NCBI RefSeq assembly: GCF_006345805.1
Contig: NC_043015.1
Coordinates: forward strand, 18,104,001-18,168,000
Reading direction: 5' to 3'
From: Octopus sinensis
Taxonomy: Eukaryota
Length of the DNA stretch: 64,000 nucleotides
In this document: one piece after another, positions 25,601-39,426 of the stretch
Position numbering within the stretch: the first letter of the stretch is position 1
Layout: each line of letters opens with the position of its first letter
Translations under genes and position numbers: made by a program
Notes under the pieces: generated by a model
Databases searched by the model: none
What the model saw: the letters and a program-made list of their open reading frames with translations, nothing else
What the model was told of the DNA's origin: nothing

Positions 25601-26400
25601 AGCCCTCTTTCCCTTTTTCTGGCAAGGATGTAGTCAATCTGGCTGGTGTGTCTGCCAGAACGGTAGGTGACTAGGTGAGAGGTGGGTTTCCTGAAGTGGG
25701 TATTGCAGACCATAAGGTCATTTGCATCGCAGAACTCCAGCAGCCTGGTTCCTTCCTCATTTCGAGAGCCAAAACCGTAGCCTCCATGGACGCCATGGAA
25801 GCCCCCAACATGTCGTCCAACATGTCCATTGAAATCACCTGCCACGAAGAGAAGGTCACTGTCATTTGTCAATGAGGTAGTCCGCAATAGGGTGTCATAG
25901 AATTGGTCTTTTTGTCCTTCCGGTAGCCCTGGTTGAGGGGCATATGCCGAGATGATGGTAGCTGTCCTATGGTGAAGAACTAATCTAATTTTAATTACTC
26001 TGTCACTTACTCTGACTACCTCGATTACCTTACCTACCCATTTCTCCGCAAGAAGTATACCTACGCCCCCGACTCCGTCAGTGTTCCCTGCCCAGAAGAT
26101 CTTGTACCTGTGTTCCTTGCCTGTGAGGAGCCTAGCAGAACCTCCTCTCCACCTTACTTCCTGGATACAGCATACATCCACACGTCTCCGTTCAAGCAGC
26201 TCTACAATCTCTCCAGACCTACCTTTCAATGTGCCAACATTGAGCGTGCCAACTCTGAGGGTTTGGGAGGTGTGGGCATCAGAGACCCTGGGACGAGGGA
26301 CAGCCGTGTCATGTACCTGAAAAGAAAGCTTGCATTTGGCAGATTTCATATGGAAACTCTCGACTACAACCTGCATACTTTTCACAATTTTTTTGTTTGC
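22611..26400 (-). mobile_element. Near full-length RTE-clade LINE (subfamily 2, copy B): two nonsense codons, no frameshift
   Basis: ORFs 25300-26385, 24019-25272 and 23230-23871 are in one frame, separated by TGA at 25300-25302 (CGA in copy A) and at 24019-24021 (AGA in copy A). The (GAT)n tail is at about 22611-22631. Confidence 0.96.
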
Positions 26401-27212
26401 TCCTCACCCCCACATGGTTTATTCCTTGTAACTTTGCAGTTCAGCAAAAGAGCCTGATAGAATGAGTAGTAAGCTTTAAAAATAAGTACTGGAGTTGATT
26501 TGTTCAACTAAAACCTCTATATTATATGCACAAAATCAAATGACTAATACAAATAAAAGATAGAACATTATACACACACATAAATGTATACACACACATA
26601 AATAGGTATTGAGCAAGTGTCTTTTATTATAATAAAATGTCAATCAAAGCCTTGTGAGAAGATTTGGTAAATGGAAACTGGAAGAAGCCCATCATATATA
26701 TGTATGTAGGTAGGTTGGTACGTACATGTGTAAATTGTGATATAGCTATTGTTCACAACAGAAAATATGCAACCTGTGGAAAGGTGTGACTTTCAGTTGG
26801 AGGATTGAAAATGACATGTTAAAAGAGTTCATACTATGGTACCTGTTCCTTCTGCCAGCCAACATAGCTATGCATTATGCAACAGAATGTGCAAATCTTT
26901 TGCTGGACTCAAGAGTCATACAAGGGCCTCACACTGCTTCATCAATGACTCATTTCAGTGATTCTTTCTAGCAATGGCTTTGCTTGTATATGAGAAAGCA
27001 GCTAGTATATACACAAATACAAACATACATAGATACATATGTGTATATATAAACCATAAAAATCAAGAGGTATGAGAGGTGAAAATATTTAACCACATGA
27101 CACCATTAAGATTATGACCATTCCACAATCTTGTTCAGGTAGTATTAATTTCAGTGGGGTAAAAATTATGCTTACATGCTTGCATAAATATGTAAGCTTG
27201 ACATTACACAAT

Positions 27213-28028
27213 ATGAGGGGGTACCCAAAAGAAACCAGAATTTTGCAATATTTGTTATTCACTTAAGTTTTACATGTTTAACTTTTATTGCTCCCAAAGT
27301 ATTCTCCATGTGAAGAAGTGCACTGGTCCAGACACATTTCCTATTGTTCAAAGCAGTCCTCGAACTCTTGTGAAGTGATACCTTTTAACACCTCTGTCGT
27401 TTTTCCTTCATCTGCAAATTCCACAGTAACAGCTTTCATCACCAGTCATTTCACACCTTCGCATTCAGTCATGACTGCTTTTGATCTTCTGTGAGCAAGT
27501 GAGCCACAAGTTTTGCTGCAACTCATTCCCAATTCTTTGCACAAAATTTGTTAGCAGGAGCTCCAGGACTAGTCATATCAACAAGTTCATCAATTGTTTG
27601 GCAACAGTCCTCCAAGATCAATTCATAAATTTGCATGTTTTCATTCATTCAGGTGGTTGAAGTCATTCTGAATGAAGTTGATCATCAAGCAACAAGTGAC
27701 CATTCCTAAAGCGTAAAAACCAGTTGTAAGCTTGTGTTTTGCTCATGGCAGCATCCTTGTAAACTGTTTGAAGCATGACAACTGTTTTCCCCAACAGAAA
27801 ACAGGAGTTCACTGAAGCATGCTGGTCCTTTGCTTCAGCCATCGCAAAAATTGACAAACGGGAGAAGCACTGCAAAACAAAGACACACCAAATGGCAGTA
27901 TGACTTTACTGGATGACACTGGTTGGCAGACTGATGCCTACGGGTGGCATCAAGTGGCTTCTAGCAGTGGAAGCCGAACTACAACAGGCTTGTCCCACAG
28001 AGACTGTTTCTGGTTACTTTTGGGTACC
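27213..28028 (-). mobile_element. Internally deleted mariner-like transposon
   Basis: TIRs atgagggggtacccaaaagaaaccagaa and ttctggttactttttgggtacctgctcat. ORF 27663-27875 resembles a mariner N-terminal HTH (NWFLRFRNGHLLLDD). Confidence 0.85.
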
Positions 28029-28573
28029 TGCTCATATAATTATATAATCACAAATCAATGGAAATAAAGGAAACTAGCTCATCAGGTCACCAGAACATCG
28101 TTGTTATACCAATGATTCGACTATGTTTGTTTTACTGTCTCCTTGCCTTGATATTGGGCAATAGTTGTCACTGGCATGTAAGAGGTGTTCTTAGTTTCCA
28201 ATATTCCATGTAATATCTAGGCAAGGTGAAATATTTCTTTACTTGGAAATAGGCGAGGACTGTAACGGGAATGGCATCCAGCTATACAAAATCTGTGTGA
28301 TCCATGTGAGTATATAAAACTGGATGTTCCATATATGTATGTTAATACTGGACTGTGAGAATGAGTGTTCAACATCACATTGGTGGATAAATATTCTTTC
28401 TTTATGGGTTAACAAGGCTACATATAATTTCATATGAAGAGAGATCTCATATATATGAATTAACAATCCCATGGACCATGTCTAACATAAAAAAATCTGT
28501 GAAATTCCACAATTATGTGCACATATTAAAACATGAACAAAACACATAATGCTAATGTGTGTGTGTGTATGTA

Positions 28574-28618
<45 letters not shown>

Positions 28619-28699
28619 GGAAAGTAAGAAAAATCAACAAAAATGCATATTGTAAATAAAAAAAGAAATGGCTTTTTATGAAAGGTAACAACAGATATA

Positions 28700-30945
28700 T
28701 ACATTTAGATGGACTGAGGTAGTAATAAAAGTCATAAAAGTCATTATAATGAGAAGATTAAAAAGTCAGAAAGCAAAGCATACCATGGTTTCGTCATGAG
28801 CTATTCATTGCTTTGAATAAACACCGGCTAATGAACAGTGTCAGGTCTAATAGTTCCTGAGTAAAAAGATTATTTGTAAGGGAGGTAAGTAGTTCTGGAT
28901 TTAGTGCAGTTGTGTTAGATATAGAATTGTAATGTGAATGGTGTAGGGAGTGTATAGGGGTTAGTGGTGTTCTGTATTAAGTTGGGTGTTCATATTTAGT
29001 TGGGGAAGATATTTATTGATGAAAATTGCCCCTTTATTCAACCTTTGTTGCATTGTTGTGTTCTGTAAACATTGATAGAAGGGGAAGATTTGGAAATTAG
29101 GATTAAGATTCCTGGTATGTGTTCACAAACCTGTAACTGTCTGTATTGTGGGTGGCGGATTTGCTCCTTGTGGATGGTGGTTTTTCGACGGTGTGATATT
29201 CCTGTTTGTCCAATATAGTGGTTACCACATCCTAAGCATGTCATGACATAGATTAGATTTTCCGAGGCGCAGGTGAAATTTGATTTGATATTAAATATTT
29301 CTCCTTGTTTGAAGTGAAATTCTGAACCCTCCAAAAGGTGGGGGCATGTTCCACAGTTAGGACGACCGCATTTTTTCACTTTTGGCTCTGTTGTTAGTGG
29401 ATATAGTCTTGCGCTGGTTAATATTTTTTCAGTGATTTCGGTTGCCTTTTGCTTTTTATAATTTTGTATGAGCTTAAAATTTCATTCATTGTTTTGTCTG
29501 CTGTGAGGATGGGAAGATTTTAGGTGATAATGTTGAAGGCTTCGTTGTTTCTAGGGTTATGTGTGGAAATGTATGGGAGTATTTTTAAATCTGGTTTAGT
29601 ATTTCGGCTGGTTTGCCTTAATATTTGTATATCTATTTCCTTAGCTCTTTTAATGCCTTCATTTATTAATGAGATTGGGTAATGTCATTTAGTTAGTGTT
29701 GATCTAAGTTCAAGGAGTCTTTGTTCACGAGTATATGCATCCGAAACTATGGTACAGATTCTTTTCGCTAGATTAAAAGGTATATTAATTTTTGTGTTTG
29801 GGGTGGCAAGAGTTAAATAATAGGTATTGTTTAGAATCTGTGGGTTTATAAAAGATGTCTGTTTCTATGTGGTTATTAACTATTTTAATTACGATGTCTA
29901 GAAAAGGGAGTTGTTTACTGTTGTGTTCCATAGTGAATTGTATATTGCTATGTATGTTGTTAAGCATTATTTTGAAATCAAGGAGTTTGCCCATGCTGTC
30001 TTTCCAAAGTATGAAGCAATCATCCAAATATCTCTTCCAGTTCTCCTTTAAATAGCAATTAAAAGAGGCGCCATATTTTTCTAGTGATGATTGGTATAAC
30101 TTAAGTTCTAGGTAACCCATTACAAGGTTTGCAATCACTGGAGCAGCTCTGGTTCCCATTGAAATTCCACATTTTTGTTGATAGTAAGTTGTATCGAACA
30201 TGAAATAATTGTTCAGCAGGATGAATTTAAGTGCTTCAATTATAAAACAGTGGTTAATGCGTCTTGGGATCTCTTCTGGGTATTTTTCTAGCCAGAATGT
30301 GATTGATTCTATACCATAGTTGTGAGATATTGGTGTAGAGATTCATCACATCGAAAGATACCAGCAGGGTTCCTTCCTTTACTGTCTTCGGGAAGTGGTT
30401 CAGCATGTCTAGGTCATCCCTGATAAAGCTTTTCACATATTTTAAAAAAGGTTTGAGTAATATGTCGAGGAAGTTGCTCAAACGGTGGGTTTCACAAGAA
30501 GGGCCAGCTATGATGGGTCTCAGTCTGAGGTCAGTAGGGGGATGGACATTAATGCATAGGCTTGTAGAGACTTTGCAGGCTTCACAAATGTGTGGATTTT
30601 TATGTATTTTGGGTAATCCGTAGAATAGACTAGGACTGTATTTAAAATTGGATAAATAGTCTATTTCAAGTTTAGTGAGACCCTTTCCATGAATTTGGAG
30701 TAAAGAGGATATGTTTTTCAGTGTTTTCTGTGGGTTGCATTGTATTAATTTCTCATAGTATTATTTTCCAACATGGAAAGCATTAAATTTTTGTAGTACT
30801 CTGTATCCATCACTACTACCGCACTTCCTTTGTCGGCTTCTTTAATGGTGAGGTTTATGTCATTTTTTAGCTCAACAAGGTCTTTCCATTCATTTAAATT
30901 AAGGTTGGATTTAATTTGTTGTTTTTTTAGGGAAATAGGTTATGT
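28700..30945 (-). mobile_element. Penelope-like element (RT + GIY-YIG endonuclease), 5'-truncated and decayed
   Basis: KEADKG motif near 30830; RT GISMGTRAAPVIANLVMG, RYLDDCF, LPFLD, FNSCHP; CGRPNCGTC zinc motif (Neptune-type) before NLIYVMTC...HYIGQTG. Confidence 0.94.
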
Positions 30946-30975
30946 GTTCACTAATATATATATATATATATATAT

Positions 30976-33900
30976 CATCATCATTGTTTAACATCCGTTT
31001 TCCGTGCTAGCATGGGTTGGACGGTTCAAACGGGGTCTGGGAAGCCAGGAGGCTGCACCAGGCTTCAGTCTGATCTGGCAGTGTTTCTACAGCTGGATGC
31101 CCTTCCTAACACCAACCACTCTGTGAGTGTTGTGGGTGCTTTTTACGTACCACCAGAACAAGTGCCAGGGGAGGCTGGCAGCGGCCACGATCAGATGGTG
31201 TTTTTTACGCGCCACTGGCATCGGCCACATTCGGATGGTGCTTTTTACGTGCCACTGTCATAGGTATCACAACTACAATTTCCATTTGATATTTATTTTG
31301 ATGTTGATGTACTTGACTTAATAGGTCTCCTCAAGCACAGCAGGTTACATGCCACCGGCACAGAAGCCAGTCAAGGCGGCGCTGGCATTGGCCACGTTCG
31401 GATGGTGCTTTTTACGTGCCGCCAGCATAGGTATCACAACTACAATTTCCATTTGATATTTATTTTGATGTATTTGACTCAATAGGTCTTCTCAAGCACA
31501 GCAGGTCACCCTACGATCCAAGGTAAACAAAGCAGGTCGTTCTGCAATCCAAGGTACTTTGGATGGGTTGAGGCTATGCGAAACTGGTGTAGCAAGCAGC
31601 CATGAACTCACATTATTTGTCGGGTCTTTGCAGTCACAGTATATCTCTAGAGATCTCGGTCTTTCATCATTGCCTCTGTGAGGCCCAACGTTCGAAGGTC
31701 ATACTTGACTAGCTCATCCCATGTCTTCCAGGGTTTACCTCTCCCCCGGATACATTCAACTGTTTGAGAGTGCCAATTCTTCACACATCTCTCCTCATCC
31801 ATCCGTAGTACATGACCATACCAGCGCAAACGTCTCTCTTGCACACCATATCCGATGCTTCTTATGTGCAGCATTTCTCTCAGGGTGCTTACACTGTCGA
31901 GTGTGCACACTGACGTTACACATCTAGCGGATCATGCTAGCTTCATTTCTTTCAAGCCTACGCATGTCCTCTGCAGTCACAGCCCGTGTTTCATTACCAT
32001 GAAGCATGGCAGTTCGCATACATGCAACGTACAATCTACTTTTCACTCTGAGCGAGAGACCCTTTGTCACCAGTAGGGGTAGGAGCTTTCTAAACTTTGC
32101 CCAGGCTATTCGTATTATAGTGGTGACACTCTCTGAGCATCCACCTCCACTACTAACTTGGTCACCTAGGTAGCAGAAACTATCAACTACTTCTAGTTTC
32201 TCCCCCTGGAGTGTGATGGAATCAATTTTCTGAGCATCTGTGGTGTCTATTGCCCCTGTGCATCTGCCGCACACGAAAGCTATCTTCTCGGTTAATTTTC
32301 CTTTGATGTTGCTGCACCTCTCATGCATCCATAGCTTACACTGGGTACATCTTATGGGGTTTCTACCTACACCATTTCTATAGATCAAGCAGGGCCACCT
32401 GCTTAAAGGGTGTGTGTGATGAGTTCGCCTTTCTGCTTACTATAACTTTGGTCTTTGCTACATTGACTCTAAGGCCTTTTGAATCTAAACCTAGCTTCCA
32501 CACCCGAAATTTCTTTTCTAGTTCCTGTAGGGCCAGGTCATCAGCATAGAGGATCTCCCAGGAGCAACCCGTCTTGAATCCTCTGTTATTGCCTGGGGGA
32601 CTATGATGAATAGAAGGGAACTAAGGGCCGAACCTTGGTGGACCCGGAATTCTTCACTATACTCGTTGCCAATCCTAACCTTACTAACGGCCTCTCTGTA
32701 TAGGGCCTGTACAGCCCTTATCAACCATTCATCAATCTCCAGTTTCCGCATTGCCCACCAGATAAGGGATAGGGGGACCCTGTCATAGGCTTTCTCCAAG
32801 TCCACAAAAGCCAAGTAGAGGGGTTTATCTTTAGCTAGGTATTTGTCCTGCAGTTGTTGAACCAGGAATATGGCATCAATGGTGCTTCTATTCGGAACAA
32901 AACCAAACTGCATCTCATCTAAGCAGACTCTCTCCCTAATGAGATGAACTATGATCCTCTCTGTGACCTTCATCACCTGATCCAGCAGTTTAATACCCCT
33001 GTAGTTATTCCGATCTAGAGCATCACCTTTACCCATGTAGCAGTTGAATATGGTGCTGCTACGCTAGTCATTGGGTATGACTCCGTTATGTACTACCTGG
33101 TTTACAATGCGGGTGACTAGGCCATAGCCTACACCACCAGATGCTTTAAGCATCTCAGCAGTGATTCCTGATGGGCCAGGGGCTTTTTCTGGCTTTATGC
33201 CCTTAATTGCTTTATCTACTAGGGAGCTGTCTATTGGGATAGCTGGTCCCTCTACTGGGTCAACATTTGGAAGGCTCTCCTCCTCCCATTCATTCTCCAC
33301 ATTCAGCAGTCTTTCATAATTGCTTCTCCAAGCATCTTTCTTTTCAGAATCACTAAAAGCAAGTGCACCATCATCCATTCGAACACATTTCTCTCCTGTG
33401 AAATCACAATTTTCTCTTACACACTGTCTTGCAATCTGAAATACCTCAGTTCTTTGGTCCTCACGTCTCTGGACATTGGCAAACTTCTTCTTTTCTGCTT
33501 CGCCCTTGGCTATGTATACCTGCAGTCCAGCCTCCCTTCTGGCTACCTGGTACCGTTCCCTGCTACCACCATCCTTCCAGGCTTTCCACGCCTGTTTCTT
33601 TGCCCTAATGGCTTTGTCTACCGTACTATTCCACCACCACATACCAATGGGTCTGGAAGGGACTTTGCACCATCCACAGACTTGGTCGATGGCACTCAGC
33701 AAGCTGTCCCATAGGAATTTCCAGCTACCTTCTATGTCCGACGTCTGTAGCTCCTCCTCCCGCTCATCAAATTTCTTGATGAGGATGTCCCTAAATCTCT
33801 GACTGTGTGAAGGGTTCTTTAGCTTCCAAATCCTCTTTTCTGGATTGGTCTGCTTCTAGGTATCCTTCTGGCCTCTAGCCTAAAGTTACTAATGACTAGC

Positions 33901-34045
33901 CTATGCTGGGGAGTACATTCTTCACATGGGAAGATCTTTGTTTAAGAGCAACCCTGCATCCCACTGTCTGGTGAGGATGAAATCAATCTGGCTAGCACAG
34001 TTCCCTGATTGATAGGTTATAAGGTGGCTGTCTGGCTTCCTGATA
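30976..34045 (-). mobile_element. RTE-clade LINE (subfamily 1), decayed, broken off in the endonuclease region
   Basis: ORF fragments 33064-33702, 32518-33036, 31924-32388 and 31647-31910 are homologous to 114-2220. The 3' UTR and tail are at 30976-31620. Confidence 0.94.
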
Positions 34046-34051
34046 TATATA

Positions 34052-34271
34052 TATATTTCATTTTTGGATTTGGTTTGCAAGATTCTTTATGTGAGTTTGT
34101 TTGTTGAAGCATATTCTGTTGTGTCTGGGGAGAGCAATTTTCTTTTTGTGCCATATAATTTCACCAGTAAAATTTCCACTTATTTTTTATTTTCTTAAAA
34201 TTTTACCAGTGACTGCATTAAATTATATGGCACAAAAAGAACATGACTCTCCCCCAGACACAACAGAATAT
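34052..34271. repeat. Asymmetric fold-back element (same family as 58603-58922)
   Basis: Inverted arms about 34111-34180 and 34200-34271, plus an unpaired 60-bp left extension; (TA)n on both sides. Confidence 0.85.
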
Positions 34272-34282
34272 ATATATATATA

Positions 34283-37200
34283 TCTTTATATATATAAAAC
34301 TGAGAATGTGTGTCTGTCTGTGTGTTTCCCTAAAACTTGAGAACTACACAACCAATTTCATTCAAATTTAACACATGCCTTACTTAGGATCCATGTAGTT
34401 TCATGGGCAAAAAAAAATGTTCAACTTCTTGACTAGAGCGAGCCCATAGCAATATCATATCGTCTCCACTATTTCAGTATTACGTGTTAAAAGTGAAACA
34501 AAAATGTTTCTCTATTTTATGTCAGATACTTTCACTTTAACAATAAAAATAATAATAACAATTGAATTATATGTAGTAAGTAATAGTTAAAATCAAACTA
34601 AAGTATAATATAATCGTAACATAACAAAAGTAAAAATAGCAATTGGTATGAAATTGCATCAATGACTTGAACTTGAATAAGTGGTTTCACATGAATGGGA
34701 ATAAATTAAAAATAAAATTAGCGTGCAGAAATGGAATAGTCCAGATGGATAATAAAAAATTAAATTAAAGAAAAGACTATTGTCTATAAAGTATACAATG
34801 TAGAGGAAAAAAAGATTTGAACACATGGAGGAAAGCGCCTTCGAAAAGTGTCTTGGTGCGACTATGAAAGGTATCAGAGGTGGTAAATTCGCCACAATAG
34901 AAGCAAGGTTCGAGTCAACGGAGCATGCAAGGGAGTACTCGACTCAAACTTACAAAGTGGAAATATCTTATTTTTACCTTTATATCTGGGACGTAGGACG
35001 TTCCGGAAAAAAATTTTTAATGCCCCCCACCCCACCCCCCGAAGTAGAGGTAGGCAGGATTGTAGCCACACTTCTATACAAGAGGGAGGACAAGATACAA
35101 TTGATCGAAATTACAAGAGACGGGCTAACAATTCCAGTCTGTTATATATTTTGAGTATTTTGAGTATTGTTATCACTAGCAATATCAAGATATAGCTTTG
35201 TATTTTGTATTTTATGTGTAGATGACCCAATACACTTGCTAGCTTCCAATATATGGAGCTTTTAACTGGTAGCACTTGCACGTGCAAGTTGTTTGCAAGA
35301 CAAATATGTACACATATATATACACATATATACATGCACTAGCACTATGACCCGGCAACGACGGGTCTTTAATGCTAGTATATATATATATATATATATA
35401 TATAAAACTGAGAATGTGTGTCTGTCTGTCTGAGTGTTTCCCTAAAACTTGAGAACTACACAAACAATTTCATTCAAATTTAACACATGCCTTACTTAGC
35501 ATCCAAGTAGTTTCATGGGCAAAAAAAATGTTCAACTTCTTGACTAGGGCAAGCCCATAGCAATATCATATCTTCTCCACTATTTCAGTATTACGTGTTA
35601 AAAGTGAAACAAAAACATTTCTCTATTTTATGTCAGATACTTTCACTTTAACAATAAAAATAATAATAACAATTGAATTATATGTAGTAAGTAATAGTTA
35701 AAATCAAACTAAAGTATAATATAATCGTAACATAACAAAAGTAAAAATAGCAATTGGTATGAAATTGCATCAATGACTTGAACTTGAATAAGTGGTTTCA
35801 CATGAATGGGAATAAATTAAAAATAAAATTAGCGTGCAGAAATGGAATAGTCCAGATGGATAATAAAAAATTAAATTAAAGAAAAGACTATTGTCTATAA
35901 AGTATACAATGTAGAGGAAAAAAAGATTTGAACACATGGAGGAAAGCGCCTTCGAAAAGTGTCTTGGTGCGACTATGAAAGGTATCAGAGGCGGTAAATT
36001 CGCCACAATAGAAGCAAGGTTCGAGTCAACGGAGCATGCAAGGGAGTACTCGACTCGAACTTACAAAGTGGAAATATCTTATTTTTACCTTTATATCTGG
36101 GACGTAGGACGTTCCGGAAAAAAATTTTTAATGCCCCCCACCCCACCCCCCGAAGTAGAGGTAGGCAGGATTGTAGCCACACTTCTATACAAGAGGGAGG
36201 ACAAGATACAATTGATCGAAATTACAAGAGACGGGCTAACAATTCCAGTCTGTTATATATTTTGAGTATTGTTATCACTAGCAATATCAAGATATAGCTT
36301 TGTATTTTGTATTTTATGTGTAGATGATCCAATACACTTGCTAGCTTCCGATATATGGAGCTTTTAACTGGTAGCACTTGCACGTGCAAGTTGTTTGCAA
36401 GACAAATATGTACACATATATACATGCACTAGCACTATGACCCGGCAACGACGGGTCTTTAATGCTAGTATATATATATATATATATATAAAACTGAGAA
36501 TGTGTGTCTGTCTGTCTGTGTGTTTCCCTAAAACTTGAGAACTACACAAACAATTTCATTCAAATTTAACATATGCCTTACTTAGCATCCAAGTAGTTTC
36601 ATGGGCAAAAAAAATGTTCAACTTCTTGACTAGGGCAAGCCCATAGCAATATCATATCTTCTCCACTATTTCAGTATTACGTGTTAAAAGTGAAACAAAA
36701 ACATTTCTCTATTTTATGTCAGATACTTTCACTTTAACAATAAAAATTAGAGATAATAATAACAATTGAATTATATGTAGTAAGTAATAATTAAAATCAA
36801 ACTAAAGTATAATATAATAATTAAATCGTAACATAACAAAAGTAAAAATAGCAATTGGTATAAAATTGCATCAATGACTTGAACTTGAATAAGTGGTTTC
36901 ACATGAATGGGAATAAATTAAAAATAAAATTAGTGTGCAGAAATGGAATAGTCCAGATGGAGCTGTGCACATACCTTTTAGATTAGATTAGATTATCTGC
37001 TAATTATCTAGCATTAAGTATCTATATGAAGTTTGGTTGTATGTAATGTCTGTTTTCTCGAACGGCCGCTTCTACTGAGTACTGCTATTGGTTTATTTCT
37101 TATACATAAAGGATTTTAGCTTCAACTGCATACTGCTTTTTGATTCACCGTAAGGTTTGTTATTATTATTACTGTTTAACTATTGTTATCACGTTTGTTG

Positions 37201-38011
37201 GTTCCTCAAAAAGGGAAACGTTATTGTGTTGCATTTGTTAAATAATTGTAAACCATAACCCTCCTCCTTTGGGAGAAGGAGCTTTGGTTATTGTTTAAAA
37301 ATTGAATTGTGTCTCTGTTTGGGGAAATTGACAATATTTTCACCGTTTATACGGAAGCATTTTTGTAAGAAGAAAGTCCAAAAATGAATTTCACTGCAGC
37401 CGTCAGCGGGCGCGAACTCAATTAAAATGGAAGAAATACAAACCTATTTCGGATTGATCACCAACAAAGATGGTGAATCTAGGATAACACCACCAAACAA
37501 AATAAAAAATTAAATTAAAGAAAAGACTATTGTCTACAAAGTATACAATGTAGAGAAAAAAAAAGATTTTAATACCTGGAGGAAAGCACCATCGAAAAGT
37601 GTCTTGGTGCGACTATGAAAGATATCAAGTATCTAACCAGAGGCGGTAAATTCGCCACAATAGAGGCAAGGTTCGAGACAACGGAGCATGCAAAGGAGTA
37701 CTCGACTCAAACCTTGCAAAGTGGAAATATTTTATTTTTACCTTAAAAATGTCCCCCCAGAAGTAGAGGTAGGCAGGATTGTAGCCACACTTCAAACAAG
37801 AGGGAGGACAAGAATACAATTGATCGAAATTGCAAGAGACGGGCCTACAATTCCAGTCTGTTATATATTTTGAGTATTGTTATCACTAGCGATATCAAGA
37901 TATAACTTTGTATTTTATGTGTAGATGTATATATATAGATGTACATGTAATATGTACACATATATACATGCACTAGCACTATGACCCGGCAACAAAGGGT
38001 CATAATGCTAG
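34283..38011 (+). mobile_element. Head-to-tail array of three non-autonomous Helitrons carrying a LINE ORF1 fragment
   Basis: Units end in the hairpin gacccggcaacgacgggtc (degenerate in unit 3) plus CTAG at 35375-35378, 36465-36468 and 38008-38011. 5' TC at 34283. Units are about 1.1, 1.1 and 1.5 kb. Confidence 0.88.
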
Positions 38012-38030
38012 TATATATATATATATATAA

Positions 38031-39426
38031 ACCCAGAACCATGTTAACAGCTTAGGAGTGAAATTTAGGATTTCTCAATTTTCTGTGAATCGATTTTCAT
38101 AAATCTTTTCCCAGCTTCTTTGCACACTATGGCAACACCATTGTTATGTTTTCATTATTCTGTGTAACATCCTTTCTTTTTTATTCCAGATTTTTCAGAT
38201 TTTGAGAGAACCATGCTAATAGTCTCTCCTCTCTAAGAACAATGGGAGGTGGAAAAGGCCCTAATGATGAAGAAAAGTTCTGTCATCACCAAGGAAAGTG
38301 TTAAAGACAGGTCACTGCACAGAAGTTAGGTCATCATGTGGACACAGATGATTCCTGAACAACCCTTCACCAAGAAAGAAACAATTTGACTGTGGGACCG
38401 CCAAGACTGTGACAGCTAGGGATTTAAGGAATATTGGCCACAAGTTACATGGGAAAACCTAAACAAACAAGCAAAGCCAATTTTCACCACCTCCGGACTT
38501 CCTCATGTATCGAAAACCATCAGAAATCCCATCCTCAGGATGATGGTTTCTGTGCAAGAACCCCTGAAACTGCCTCCTTTAATGCCCCATCACAGGAGTT
38601 GAGGCTTCAATGGGCCCAAAAGTACATGACGAATCTGATGGCCGGGTCTATTTTGGAGATTAGCATCACCAACAGGGTGGAGGAGTCATGTTGTGGGCTG
38701 GTATCAGACTTGTTGGCCAGTCAGGATGTCTAAAGGGATTAAAGTGACCATAGCTGCTTACTGCAATCTCCTGAAGTACTTGGATCCCTGGCTTGATGAT
38801 ATACTGCTGTCACTTCTAAGGAATCTCGTATTCATGCATGACAACACTCCCTCCCACTCTGCTAGAACCACCCAAACATCCCTAGGGTCTTACAGCATAT
38901 AAGGTGAAAGGTGATGGTGTTGCCACCAGCATCTCCAGATCTCAACCCTATTGAAAATCTTTGGTCTATCATTAAACAAAATGTTTATGCTGATGGACAC
39001 CAATTTACGTCAAAAGATGTCTTATGGGTGACCATCCAAGCTGCAGCAGAGGCACATCAACCTGGTAATATTAAGAAATGACAGATTCCATGACTAATAG
39101 GGTTTTTGAAGTTATGGTTTTTTAAGTAAATGGCACTCATGTGGCTAAATAATTCATTATGTCAATAAATGTTATAATATCATTATGGTTTTCTGTTAAA
39201 TATATACTCAATGTATGCTTAATATGTATGAGTACCCCTCATTTTCTGAAAAAAAAAATGTCGAGATGGGCTATTTTCATTCAAAAGCTATTAGCACAGA
39301 ATAATGAAAAATAACAATGGTGTTGCTATAGTGTGCAAATCAGCTGGGAAAAGTTTTATCAAAATCAATTCACAGAAAACCAAAAAATCCTAAATTTCAT
39401 TTATAAGCTATTAGCATGGTTCTGTG
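38031..39426 (+). mobile_element. Decayed Tc1-like transposon with long TIRs
   Basis: Inverted termini (agaaccatgttaacagc / gctattagcatggttct). Transposase remnants FMHDNTPSHSART and PPASPDLNPIENLWSIIK at 38829-38980. The internal gctaatagc repeat suggests an IR/DR structure. Confidence 0.9.

Noticed and set aside
28070-28090. CTGATGA on - strand as a hammerhead core
   Set aside because: No stem II followed by GAAA in the correct order.
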